Positions 49,331 through 62,260 of a DNA stretch of 64,000 nt are shown one piece after another. A program made the position numbers and the translations under genes. The stretch lies in assembly GCA_032718475.1 (NCBI GenBank), contig JAUCBJ010008395.1:1-64000 (forward strand), in the 5' to 3' direction. Under the pieces are notes generated by a model. That model saw only the letters and a program-made list of their open reading frames with translations, did not search any database and had not been told where the DNA came from. Numbering within the stretch: position 1 is the stretch's first letter; every line of letters starts with the position of its first letter. This DNA comes from Nemertoderma westbladi. Taxonomy: Eukaryota; Animalia; Xenacoelomorpha.

Positions 49331-49699
49331 ATATATTGTATTTTGTAAAATAAGATTCTAAATAGAGCTTTAATACTATTATTACTTATTAGCTATTAAG
49401 TACTGTGTTTTTAAAACGCTGATAAAAAAAACCATAGGCAAAATCGAAAATTCCGGCTTCATGTAGACATCGACGGTGAGTGGAACTACCGGTAGGTGTG
49501 TTTCAAATTTCAAGCAATGTGATAAAGATGTCTAGAAAAAGTTGGGGGGGGGGGGGACACAAAGTGTCATTTTCTGATGACATGTACCCCCCATACATGT
49601 CATCAGAAAATGACACTTTGTTACGGGTCATGGTGTAATTGTGTCATCCCTTGTTGAGTTTGTGCTGATCATTCTGATCACTGATTTTGATGTGTCTCT

Positions 49700-50131
49700 G
49701 TCCCGGATTTAATGCCATTGACATTCCCTGTACCATATGTAGATATCCGAGTCTGATATTTTTCCTGGAGAGTTTTTATAGTTTTTGGATCGTCTCCAAG
49801 ATCCAACTTATTGCCGACAAGTACGATCTGGACAATAATGCCCTGGATACCTCGGGGTACCACTTCGAAAGAAATTGTCCAAAATAATGACTTGGGTTGA
49901 TGAAAGAAAAGAAAACGTCGGTGTTTGGGAATGAAAGATGCCGGCCATGACCCATAATCCCAAGTTGATTGGTCTACCCTCAACCATCCTGTTTGCCGTG
50001 TAGTTGTCAAAAAACTTTAGGAATATATTCCCCTGGAAAACAATTCGTTGAGTAACTAATTAGAAGGGAGGTTTTACCGACACCTCCGTCGCCAACTACA
50101 ACACATTTAATATTTTAACTGTTTTTACCAT
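49700..50131 (-). pseudogene. rac: Intronless, frameshifted Rac-like (Rho family) GTPase pseudogene
   Basis: [72 protein letters not shown]; several frameshifts. Confidence 0.85.
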
Positions 50132-50674
50132 TAGTGGCGACAATGATGAAGGCTTTAGACCAAATAATGATTTACGTACTTGAAACATATTTATATTTTA
50201 TATAAATAGTAGAATACATGAAGGCTGTTTCTATTTGAGTTACAATAATATCTCATCACATATTATCAATTCATATCATCCCTTAATTGTCAATTATCTG
50301 CCAATGATTAATAGTCTCTCCCTTGATATGGTAACTTTGGGGGTGCATAATTTCGTTACATTTTTCATTAATTCAACAAATTACCTTACGCGCAAACTAG
50401 AAACACTATTTAGTCGTTGTGTCAAAAACTGTTTAATTAAACATTGTGTTAAATATAATTACATGTTCGAGAATAATTAATTATTTTCCTGGAGACCTTT
50501 TATCTTTCACCTAGCCCCTTATTCCCCTTTATTCCTTTTAATCTGTTTCCAACAGTACCCTAACACAAATAGTAATAAGTTATGAGAAAACTCTTTCACA
50601 ATAAAAATATTTTTCACTGATTTCTCACAGAATGAATTGGGAATTGGCTTCCTTACCCTCACTGGCGGTCTTCA

Positions 50675-51863
50675 ACCCCCTGGTCGGAACCACCGATGGG
50701 GGTCTGGTGCAAGGAGGCCGATATTCAGACCCCCTAGTCGGAACCATCGATGGGGATCTGGTGCAAGGAGGCCGATATTCAGACCCCCTAGTCGGAACCA
50801 CCGATGGGGGTCTGGTGCAAGGAGGCCGATATTCAGACCCCCTAGTCGGAACCACCGATGGGGATCTGGTGCAAGGAGGCCGATATTCAGACCCCCTAGT
50901 CGGAACCACCGATGGGGGTCTGGTGCAAGGAGGGCGATATTCAGACCCCCTCGTCGGAACCACCGATGGGGCTCTGGTGCAAGGAGGCCGATATTCAGAC
51001 CCCCTAGTCGGAACCACCGATGGGGGTCTGGTGCAAGAAGGCCGATATTCAGACCCCCTAGTCGGAACCACCGATGGGGGTCTGGTGCAAGGAGGCCGAT
51101 ATTCAGACCCCCTAGTCGGAACCACCGATGGGGGTCTGGTGCAAGGAGGCCGATATTCAGACCCCCTAGTCGGAACCACCGATGGGGGTCTGGTGCAAGG
51201 AGGCCGATATTCAGACCCCCTAGTCGGAACCACCGATGGGGGTCTGGTGCAAGGAGGCCGATATTCAGACCCCCTAGTCGGAACCACCGATGGGGGTCTG
51301 GTGCAAGGAGGCCGATATTCAGACCCCCTAGTCGGAACCACCGATGGGGGTCTGGTGCAAGGAGGCCGATATTCAGACCCCCTAGTCGGAACCACCGATG
51401 GGGGTCTGGTGCAAGGAGGCCGATATTCAGACCCCCTAGTCGGAACCACCGATGGGGGTCTGGTGCAAGGAGGCCGATATTCAGACCCCCTAGTCGGAAC
51501 CACCGATGGGGGTCTGGTGCAAGGAGGCCGATATTCAGACCCCCTAGTCGGAACCACCGATGGGGGTCTGGTGCAAGGAGGCCGATATTCAGACCCCCTA
51601 GTCGGAACCACCGATGGGGGTCTGGTGCAAGGAGGCCGATATTCAGACCCCCTAGTCGGAACCACCGATGGGGGTCTGGTGCAAGGAGGCCGATATTCAG
51701 ACCCCCTAGTCGGAACCACCGATGGGGGTCTGGTGCAAGGAGGCCGATATTCAGACCCCCTAGTCGGAACCACCGATGGGGGTCTGGTGCAAGGAGGCCG
51801 ATATTCAGACCCCCTAGTCGGAACCACCGATGGGGGTCTGGTGCAAGGAGGCCGATATTCAGA
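50675..51863. repeat. 54-bp GC-rich tandem repeat, ~22 near-identical copies, each with an internal hairpin
   Basis: Unit CAGACCCCCTAGTCGGAACCACCGATGGGGGTCTGGTGCAAGGAGGCCGATATT. Confidence 0.97.
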
Positions 51864-52493
51864 TCCGCAAACTCGCAGGTCTGCGGGTTTCGACCTCGCC
51901 GACTGGTGGATGGGATAAAATGTTGCAATATTGAAAGTTGTAATATAATACTATATTATAATAAACTGGCAATTACCATTGAGATGAAAACACGATTAGA
52001 AAAAAATTTAACATTTTTTTCAAAATAGATAAAAATCATTTTTTTTCAAAAAAAAAAAATTAATACACAATCCACTAAAACTTCGAACCCAACCACACAC
52101 TGAGTTTCGTAGCTACAGTGGCTGTATCTTTATCGTCAGACTTATATTAGGGTGGACTAACTAATTTGCTTCGACTTCGGTTTTGGTGTCACAAGTCCAG
52201 TTAGGGGACTGAATTATTGAACATGTTTAAAAATTTGTGTCCAAAACTCATATAAAGAACTTATAACTCGTTATTAAAACTCAGGATAGCCAGCTTACTG
52301 GACAAAAGCTTGGGAAGTACAAAACCTTAGATATTATTTAATCCAATCCCATGGAAATAAAATATGGGGTTATGTATAACATATTCTAATAGCCATGAAG
52401 ATGATGGGTCATTGTACAAAATAATATGAATGTCCTTGAAGTTGTTGAGATCAGTAATTTATTGAAGATAGGATTACGGTAGTACGAAGTACG

Positions 52494-55400
52494 TTATTGT
52501 AGTTTAAAGTTGGAATGTATAAGAATAGAGATAAGGAGCTGTCTCAATGTCTCCGGCTGGGCGTGTTCGTCTAGCCACCGCAGTTCCGTGGCGAACATTT
52601 CCTTGAGACTCGCCACGGACACTGATCTATTGAACGATGTAAACAATCGGTCCATTATCTTAGAAAACACCTGTAAAGCAAATACATTAAGATCATTAAT
52701 TATTGAAGACTTTATTTCAACATGATAATAAAATGTAACGATTATTAAAAATTATTTCATTGAAAAATAGTTAGCCAAACTTTTATAACAACAGTTTAGT
52801 AGTTAATACATTGACACCATTAATTAAAACGATTGCTAGACATTGACCTTGGTAATGCAGGTACAGTAGTTACAGAACTGAAAACTATGCGACATATTTT
52901 TATAAACTAACCTGAAATTTAATTAACGGAGACAAACAAACAAACGGCTTTAGTTCGGAGGATGTATCCTTGTTAGGGAGTTCAGACTGCTGATTGGTTA
53001 TTTTTGCTAACTCGTTAGCCATTATTCGCAGCGCGGTGGTTTGTTTGGTGAGTGAATCCAATGTATTCGCGTCCTCGGCTTGTTTGCGTTCTAAGTACGT
53101 CATGTATTCGATGGTTCGGAAGACCACAGATGAGTTGCTAATCTATAGTGAACGATTACATAAAAATACAACATCTATAACACTTTACAGTAAGCTAATC
53201 TTAGTGCTGATCTTAGCGCTAATCTTAGCGCTAATCTTAGCGCTAATCTTAGTGCTGATCTTAGTGCTGATCTTAGCGCTGATCTTAGCGCTGATCTTAG
53301 TGCTGATCTTAGCGCCAATCTTAGCGCTAATCTTAGTGCTGATCTTAGCGCTAATCTTAGCGCTAATCTTAGCGCTAATCTTAGTGCTGATCTTAGTGCT
53401 GATCTTAGCGCTAATCTTAGCGCTAATCTTAGTGCTAATCTTAGTGCTGATCTTAGTGCTGATCTTAGCGCTAATCTTAGCGCTAATCTTAGTGCTGATC
53501 TTAGCGCTAATCTTAGTGCTGATCTTAGTGCTGATCTTAGCGCCAATCTTAGCGCTGATCTTAGCGCTGATCTTAGCGCTGATCTTAGCGCTAATCTTAG
53601 TGCTGATCTTAGCGCTAATCTTAGTGCTGATCTTAGCGCTAATCTTAGTGCTGATCTTAGTGCTGATCTTAGTGCTGATCTTAGCGCTGATCTTAGCGCT
53701 GATCTTAGCGCTAATCTTAGTGCTGATCTTAGTGCTGATCTTAGTGCTGATCTTAGCGCTGATCTTAGCGCTGATCTTAGCGCTGATCTTAGAGCTAATC
53801 TTAGTGCTGATCTTAGTGCTGATCTTAGCGCTGATCTTAGCGCTGATCTTAGTGCTGATCTTAGCGCCAATCTTAGCGCTGATCTTAGTGCTGATCTTAG
53901 CGCTAATCTTAGCGCTAATCTTAGTGCTGATCTTAGCGCTAATCTTAGTGCTGATCTTAGTGCTGATCTTAGTGCTGATCTTAGCGCCAATCTTAGCGCT
54001 GATCTTAGTGCTGATCTTAGCGCTGATCTTAGCGCTGATCTTAGTGCTGATCTTTGTGCTGATCTTAGTGCTGATCTTAGTGCTGATCTTAGTGCTGATC
54101 TTAGCGCTATTCGTAGTGCTAATCTTAGTGCTGATCTTAGTGCTGATCTTAGCGCTAATCTTAGTGCTGATCTTAGCGCTAATCTTAGTGTTGATCTTGG
54201 TGCTGATCTTAGTGCTGATCTTAGTGCTGATCTTAGTGCTGATCTTAGCGCTATTCGTAGTGCTGATCTTAGTGCTGATCTTAGCGCTAATCTTAGTGCT
54301 GATCTTAGCGCTAATCTAAGTGCTGATCTTAGTGCTGATCTTCGCGCTAATCTTAGTGCTGATCTTAGCGCTAATCTTAGTGCTGATCTTAGTGCTGATT
54401 TTAGTGCTGATCTTAGTGCTGATCTTAGCGCTAATCTTAGTGCTGATCTTAGCGCTAATCTAAGTGCTGATCTTAGTGCTGATCTTAGCGCCGTACCTTA
54501 CATGACGACTACGATCGGGTGCGATTCTCTAACTTATTCTTTAAGTGATCCTTTATTTTTAAAATGAAAAGCTACTCCTAGTCAATCATTTTATTCAGTA
54601 ATTGTTAGTTTTATTTGAGACTAAACAATAAAACAATATCACTAATGAGCCGATATGATATATTCTAGTTTTACAGAATCTAATTGGTCTGTTTTTTTTT
54701 AATCTTAAGGAAATCCTTAATGCGAACCAAACCTTCCTGGTAGAATATCCGGGTTGGCAGTTGGGTAACAGTCCTGCGAGTTCCTCGTAACCCCGTCGGA
54801 TGGCGTTACGACGTCTCTGCTCGGCCTCTATGTGACGAGTTTTCCTGAGCAACTCGCGGGAGCTGCTCTCTGATTGGCTGGGCACTTCTTCGTCGCTTAG
54901 CGACATTAGACCTTCCCAATAGGTCGTCGCGGTAGAAGAGCTGGCAGTGGAAGCCGAACTATTACTACGACTCCTAATAAGTTAATTAAATGATGTCAAT
55001 TAGACAAGTCTTAGACTTAGACAAGTCTTACACTTAGGCAAGTCTTAGACTTAGACAAGTCTTAGACATAGACAAGTATTAGACTTAAACAAGTCTTAGA
55101 CTTAGACAAGGCTTCGACTTAGCTTAGACAAGACTTAGACTAGACAAGTCCTACAATTAGACAAGTCTTAGACAAGTCATAGACTTAAACACGTCATAGA
55201 TATAGACATGCCTTAGACTTAGACAAGTCTAACACTTAGACAAGTCTTAGACTTAAACAACTCTTACTTAGACTCAAACAAGTCTTTGACATAGACAAGT
55301 CTTAGACTTAAACAAGTCTTAGACATACACAAGTCTTAGACTTAGACAAGGCTTCGACTTAGCTTAGACAAGATATAGACATAGATATAGACATAGATAT

Positions 55401-57985
55401 AGACATAGACATGCCTTAGACTAAGACATGCCTTAGACTTAGACAAGTCTAACACTTAGACAAGTCTTAAACTTAGACAAGTCTTAGACTTAGACAAGTC
55501 ATAGACTTAAACACGTCATAGACATAGACATGCCTTAGACTTAGACATGCCTTAGACTTAGACAAGTCTAACACTTAGACAAGTCTTAGACTTAAACAAC
55601 TCTTACTTAGACTCAAACAAGTCTTAGACATAGACAAGACAAGTCTTAGACATACACAAGTCTTAGACTTAGACAAGATATAGACATAGACATAGACATG
55701 CCTTAGACTAAGACATGCCTTAGACTTAGACAAGTCTAAACACTTAGACAAGTCTTAAACTTAGACAAGTCTTAGAATTAGACAAGTCATAGACTTAAAC
55801 ACGTCATAGACATAGACATGCCTTAGACTTAGACATGCCTTAGACTTAGACAAGTCTAACACTTAGACAAGTCTTAGACTTAAACAACTCTTACTTAGAC
55901 TCAAACAAGTCTTAGACATAGACAAGTCTTAGACTTAAACAAGTCTTAGACATACACAAGTCTTAGACTTATACAAGATATAGACATAGATATAGACATA
56001 GACATGCCTTAGACTAAGACATGCCTTAGACTTAGACAAGTCTAGCACTTAGACAAGTCTTAAACTTAGACAAGTCTTAGACTTAGACAAGTCATAGACT
56101 TAAACACGCCATAGACATAGACATGCCTTAGATTTAGACATGCCTTAGACTTAGACAAGTCTAACACTTAGACAAGTCTTCGACTTAAGCAAGTCCTAGA
56201 CTTAAACAAGCCTTAGACATATACAAGTCTTAGACTAGACAAGTCTTAGACATAGACATGCCTTAGACTAAGACATGCCTTAGACATAGACATACCTTAG
56301 ACTAAGGCATGCCGTTGACTTAGACAAGTCTAACACTTAGGCTTAAAAAAGTCTTAGACTTAGACAAGTCTTAGACATAGCTTAGACAGGTGTTAGACTA
56401 GACAAGTCTTAGACTTAGACAAACGTTTGACTTGACAAGTCTTAGCTTAGACTTAGATATGTCATAGATTTAGACGTAGCTTAGACACGTCATAGACTTC
56501 GACAAGTCTCAGAAATAACTTTTTTAACTTTAGTATTTTCTATTTAGTACCAGTTTCTATGCTAATTGTCATTTGTTAAGTACAATTTTTCTTTGATAAT
56601 GATTAGTTAATAACGTCAAAACGTTAGTAACATTCAAAAACTGGATTCAAAATATTATACTATTCACGATGGCCTCATAAGTTTCAGATAAGCGTAAAAA
56701 AAATTCAGACCTAATCATAGACCAATGCTTCTTTAGCAATTCGCAAAAATAACAATTACATATTTCAAAGTTAATTGCGTTTTAGAGCAGAATAATAGAG
56801 AATGGGTTAGTTCACACAGTTAGTAACAAGAATATAATCTACTAAATAATACCTATATTTACCTACCGAACTCGTACATCCATAGAGAGTGAATCGGAAG
56901 TGGACCCCGAAGAGGCAGACGATCGTTGAACTGATGTTGCTGACGAGGGAAGAGTGAGTAAGGATTCGAGATTGGGTGTGGAAGAGGTAGAGTGTATAAG
57001 GAGAGACTGAACTAAAGGCACCGTGGATCTCCGTGAGTCTGAGTCCGTGGTAAAAGGGGAACGGGAAACCGAAGGAGTGGAAGTTGGTGAAGTATATGAC
57101 TGTAATAATTAGAGAAAAACATATAAAGAACGTCTAGACAACGGGTTGCCGGATAGCTGGTAAGAGCTAAGAGGGAATCCTGACACCTGGGTTCCATATA
57201 AGTTATTATAATTGTTATATTATATGTTATATATTATTTTTATATTAGTTATTATATATATTAGTTCTTCCTAATGATATACTCCATCGTTCATGGGAAA
57301 TCATACGTTACCGGTAACAGGTATAAATGTCTGACGGTACAAAAGTATGCAAAACAATCAGAACACAAAATAATAATAACCTTTATTTTAAATAATAATA
57401 TCAAATAATAATAACTAAACCAACCTCTCGCCCAACGTTTGGATAACACGATGCAGCGGACCCACCGGTACCGGTATAAAGTTTATGTTGACCGCTGGTT
57501 TGTTGAGACTCGGATATTATTGCACAATTTGTCGAATTTAATACTAATGGGGATGGCGATTCGTGTACGCCTGGTCCTCCTGAGTAAGTTGTTTCATGAA
57601 GGGGGGCTGGTTTCGGCATAAGAGGTGGTTGAGTCTGCCTAATTGGCCTACCGGTGGTACCGCGGTGGTTGATTGGAGTAATTGTGTTGCTAATGTTAGA
57701 CGGCGCGAAGGTAATTGATGGAGCTGGCGATGTCTGTTGGAATATATAAACAGGTTGTACAGAACCTGAGTTGGTTGAGTGGGGGATACGGGATATACCG
57801 ACACTTGTTTGATGTGATGCGATACTCGGGTTTATCTGCCGTGTAGCGCTCGTACTGGCGTCGGTTTGAATCGCTTCCTTGTAATACGATGAAGTGGATG
57901 TAGGGTTATTCGTGGCTGACAAGGAGATGGGAAATAAGACAAGTGGTACCGTTACAGTAATTCGCTCCGACTCATGTCTTTCCAT
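52494..57985 (-). CDS. MLX: Max-like protein X (MLX)-type bHLH-Zip transcription factor, ~480 aa; exons 57985-57425, 57099-56867, 54973-54733, 53142-52912, 52670-52494
   Basis: HIEAEQRRRNAIRRGYEEL..ISNSSVVFRTIEY..TTALRIM..KFQVFSKIMDRLFTSFNRSVSVASLKE..WLDEHAQPETLR follows the MLX bHLH-Zip plus C-terminal DCD. GT-AG introns have consistent phases (0,2,0,0). The first exon and start codon are less certain. Confidence 0.85.
53194..54492. repeat. 12-bp minisatellite (GCTRATCTTAGY)n, ~108 units, in MLX intron 3
   Basis: Directly visible. Confidence 0.97.
55001..56510. repeat. Degenerate 17-bp quasi-palindromic satellite (AGACTTAGACAAGTCTT) with higher-order blocks, in MLX intron 2
   Basis: Directly visible. 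Variant TTAAACAACTCTTACTTAGACTCAAAC recurs at ~55253, ~55592 and ~55880. Confidence 0.93.
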
Positions 57986-58789
57986 AATTATCAGTACTGG
58001 TAATTAGTTTGTCGGAAAATTACTGCATTATAATTAAGACTGGAGTTATGAGTTATCAACCATGGAAAGCGTGCATGCATAGGCTACCAACGCCTAAATC
58101 ATTGCATTGATCTGTAAAGACTGAAAGAGGCAGGACTGTAACAGGATAGTAACAGAATAGAGTAGATTAAGCGCCTGCTCAACTAACTATTACAGTACTG
58201 CAGTACTGCAGTAATACACAGCAGTCTGGCAGAATTATTTCTGTAATTGCTGTATTGCTTAGGCCCTGGTCACACAGGAGCTTTCAACTTTCAACATTCA
58301 AATAGGGTACCCGGTAACTAAAAGTCCCGGTTCAGTTGGCAGTTATAAAAATCTGCATTCTGGTACCGGTACCAGTATTGTTTTATAGATTATAAAGTGT
58401 TTTTTTTAAATAAAAAAAACTACCGGTAAACACAATAAATAAAAAAAAATTAAAAAAATAACTAAATCAATGACGTAATATTAGCATAATTATGAGTTAC
58501 CATCATATGCCATAGTTACATAGGCGGCGAAATAAACGCCGATATTGGGTTCACCCGATCAATCAAAAAATGGTTCCGGTTGTCGTACGGCGTTATCGGA
58601 AAACTTTCTGACTTTATCAAGATTTGCGGGCAGATGTTAATTAATGGTTAAATAATGGAATTATTTTAATTATATATACGATGTCAATTTCATCATTTTT
58701 GATGAATTACTCTCATCTATAGAACCGCATATATAGTGATAGAAAGTGGAGGAAGTCTATACCGGGCTATGCAAGAGCAAGACTACATA

Positions 58790-59235
58790 CAGTAGTAACA
58801 TATTTTTTATGAATCGAACGTAACCTCAATTATGTTACATTGCAGCATTGGATCCTATAACTATGTTACATTCGATCTACAAATTACTAAGCTCGAATGT
58901 AACATACATTTATTTCAGTTGTGTTTTGATTTCAGGAGTTAACCAATGAAATGCCTCGTTTATTTACAGGAAGAAACAGTTTGGTGAGTACAAAAGAAAG
59001 ACCCAAGACCCAATTAAGTAACCTGCATAATCTTGTAACATGTGTTTACCTTTCGTTTATTGTTTTGGTTCCCCCAACACGCCTCTGTACTGTAACCTGC
59101 TCCTATAAATGGCAATGTTACATTCGGGCTTAGTAATTTTTAGATCGAACGTAGGCCTAACATAGTTATAGGATCCAATTAAACATAATTGCGGTTACGT
59201 TCGATACGTCTAATAACTATGTTATATTCGATCCT
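58790..59235. mobile_element. MITE-like element with ~100-bp imperfect inverted arms
   Basis: ATCGAACGTAACC..TTGGATCCTATAACTATGTTA..AATTACTAAGCTCGAATGTAACAT vs ATGTTACATTCGGGCTTAGTAATT..TAACATAGTTATAGGATCCAA..GGTTACGTTCGAT. Confidence 0.7.
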
Positions 59236-60625
59236 GATTACGTTCGGTCATGTATCCCACATATGTTTGTATGTGTTGAATGTTGAAATTAATCTGTAAA
59301 CAATGTAATTGTTTATATATTGATGTTAATTATTATTGGGCAAAATATACTTATGAATGAATGAATTCTAACGTTAAAGGTAAAGTACCGGTGCCGGTAT
59401 GTAGCATAAATGTACGTGAGTACACAAAGTTGCCTAAAGCAGTAGGTAGTCAGGTAGTAGTAGCATCTTCTTACATTTTATATCATTTTCGATTTTTTTT
59501 TCAATTTTTTTTCTTTTGATTTATCTTTTTTTTTTCGATTTTTGCCCTGATTTTTTACCCTGCTTTTTGAAACAGACCCGGACCCGGAACCGGACCCGGC
59601 AAAATGTTCGACCCGGTCGTTTACTACCTACAATGTGTTTTTGTTCTATCTTTTTCTTTTAATTGAAAGTTTAATGTTGAAATCTAATCAGCTAATGTGT
59701 GACCCGGGCCTTTCCTTTATAGACACACTATGCAAATATAAATTATAGTAATTATGCTCCTAAACTTAATTACTGAATAAAGTATGAAAAGCAAGCGGGA
59801 GTGAAAACTCTGTGAATATGGCTGTATGGCATACCTGCATACTGTACTGTAGGCCTAATTACCGGCAGACAGCTCCTGTAATATCTGAATGTGGGTAGAC
59901 TGGCCGTCAGGACGTGGGGAGAAGGAAAAATAATGTAGGCCTATTAAAATAATAATGTTGCCTGCCTTAAAATAGAATTCTCATACAAATGATGGATCGG
60001 ACCTTAACTTTAGAGAAAGATGGTTAGTGTACAGTGTATGAGTGCAGGGCAGGCCTACATTTTGTACATAACTAACTACTGTATTATATGCTATACTAAC
60101 AATAGATCACAGAACAGACACGCCCCCCAGCAATAAAGGCACGCCCATCTGCAGTCACCAGCTGTCCTTTGATGACGTAATACTTCTACTATGTCAATCA
60201 CCTATGCAGGACTGCATTATTTAAAATTGGCAGTGATTTTTTATGTCCTTTTATTTGACATTTTTTGTCCTCCTTTTTTTACGAATTGTGCATAATGACA
60301 TTTGTTGTCCCTTTAATGACTTTTTATGTATGTATTTCTTCAAACTGTCAGACTGCTGATTTCTGGACTGTCAGACAGTTGATTTCAACATGCCTATGCC
60401 AAAACATTCAAAATTGTTGATTTCTGGTCTGTCGGACAGTTGGTTTCACTATGCATGTGTCAAAACATTCCATGATTCCATGATTTATAGACTATGAAAT
60501 AGATTTCAATATGCGCCTGTGGTAAAAGACTCTAAATTTAATAGTTTGTGGTTGTTGTCGATAATCGATTACCACATGACGTAGCAAAACACTCATTTTA
60601 TAGCCAAAAACAATTACCAATTGAT

Positions 60626-61280
60626 GGAAAGGAGCAGGTTAAGGCCGGATTTTCTAACCAAAACAATAAACAGTCACTTTACCAAATGAAGGAAAGGAGC
60701 AGGTTACAGAGGCGGGCCTTTCTAACCAAAACAATAAACGATCATTTAACTAATTGAGGGAGAGGAGCGGGTTACAGAGGCGGGATTTTCTAACCAAAAT
60801 AATAAACAGTCACTTTACCAAATCAGGGAAAGGAGCAGGTTACAGAGACGGGATTTTCTAACCAAAACAATAAACGATAACATTACCAATTGAGAGAAAG
60901 GAGCAGGTTACAGAGGCGGGATTTTCTAACCAAAACAATAAACAGAGTCACTTTACCAAATCAGGGAAAGGAGCAGGTTACAGAGACGGGATTTTCTAAC
61001 CAAAACAATAAACGATAACATTACCAATTGAGAGAAAGGAGCAGGTTACAGAGGCGGGATTTCCTAACCAAAACAATAAACGATCACTTAACTAATTGAG
61101 GCAAAGGGGCAGGTTACAGAGGCGGGATTTTCTAACCAAAACAATAAACAGTCACTTTACAAAATGAAAGAAAGGAGCAGGTTACAGAGGCGGGCCTTTC
61201 TAACCAAAACAATAAACGGTCACTTTACCAAATCAGGGAAAGGGGCAGGATACAGAGGCGGGATTTTCTAACCAAAACAA
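60626..61280. repeat. ~62-bp tandem repeat, ~11 units (GGAAAGGAGCAGGTTACAGAGGCGGGATTTTCTAACCAAAACAATAAAC...)
   Basis: Directly visible. Single units also occur at ~420-475, ~3625-3750 and ~59050-59105 (minus strand). Confidence 0.92.
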
Positions 61281-61437
61281 CCGGTCAGCCGGTAGGCCTA
61301 CCAGTACCGTATTTAAATGGTAGGCTACACAGTAGGCCTACAGCAGTTCCAGTGCCGGTACCGGTACTAAAATACCTAAAATACCTGCTTTATACCTACA
61401 TCTGTACATGCAATACTGCAAAATAGTGCTCTATATA

Positions 61438-61635
61438 CTAATACCGGTACTGATAGCCTGAGAGAACAGCAGTAGAGAAACCGGTAGCATGGAATCTAAC
61501 GGTAAATTTCTGGAGGACATAAAAAGTAAAAAAAAACTAATACCGGTAATGATAGCCTGAGAGAACAGCAGTAGAGAAACCGGTAGCATGGAACCTAACG
61601 GTGGATTTCTGGCGGACATAAAAAGTAAAAAAAAA
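61438..61635. repeat. ~100-bp tandem duplication
   Basis: TGATAGCCTGAGAGAACAGCAGTAGAGAAACCGGTAGCATGGAA..GGACATAAAAAGTAAAAAAAAA occurs twice. Confidence 0.85.
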
Positions 61636-62260
61636 AGGACAAAAAAGGGATTTAAACGGACAATAAAAATTATTGCGTTTAAAATTATGTTGTTATACTG
61701 TATTTCACTTTTATACATTGAAAGCGCGCTATTCTCAGTGGCACCTTGGATAAGTCCCAGCTTGGTGTGGCACGAATTGTATAAAGGGACCAGCCAGGGC
61801 GCATCTCTGCCTTGCATCCTTATAAATTGTAGCTAAATGAGTAATAGAACTTCCTCTGAGGATTATAATTCTGGGGGGGGGGGGGGGGGGGGGGTGGGCA
61901 CGGGAAATAAGTCGTCAGACTTTGTGCGTAATCCCTGACCTAACAAAATAATTAGTGTCGAAACTATAACTGCCCTTGAGTGATGTGACTTCAATACAAC
62001 CATTACACCATTGCCGGAGTAAATTATCAACCCAGGTAACCATCAACACATTGGGTGATTGATCTAAATGTATTTTTTGAGGCCCGTTTCCCCGAAAAGT
62101 GCAGCACTGCTAATCCGAACAATTGTGGTGTTATCAACTGATATAACGAATCATTTTATGGAAAGAAGGGTTTTGGAGGTCGACATATAGAATGAAATGT
62201 TACCAGTTGAATTATTTCCCATAATGGAGTAATATAATCATCCCATGGAGTCATATAATA

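Noticed and set aside
40500-49585. Hammerhead ribozyme cores at CTGATGA (~40504, ~41007, ~49574)
   Set aside because: I could not build stem II plus GAAA plus a cleavage triplet at any of them; the 49574 instance is part of a plain DNA palindrome.
50625-52028. CRISPR-like array, or 400-460-aa repetitive proteins in four frames
   Set aside because: The linkers between hairpins are identical rather than unique spacers, there are no cas genes, and the context is eukaryotic. The ORFs follow from a 54-bp unit lacking stops in most frames.
52994-54319. 441-aa poly-(LILA/LILV) 'membrane protein' and its antisense (ALRS)n ORF
   Set aside because: Translation of a 12-bp minisatellite inside MLX intron 3.
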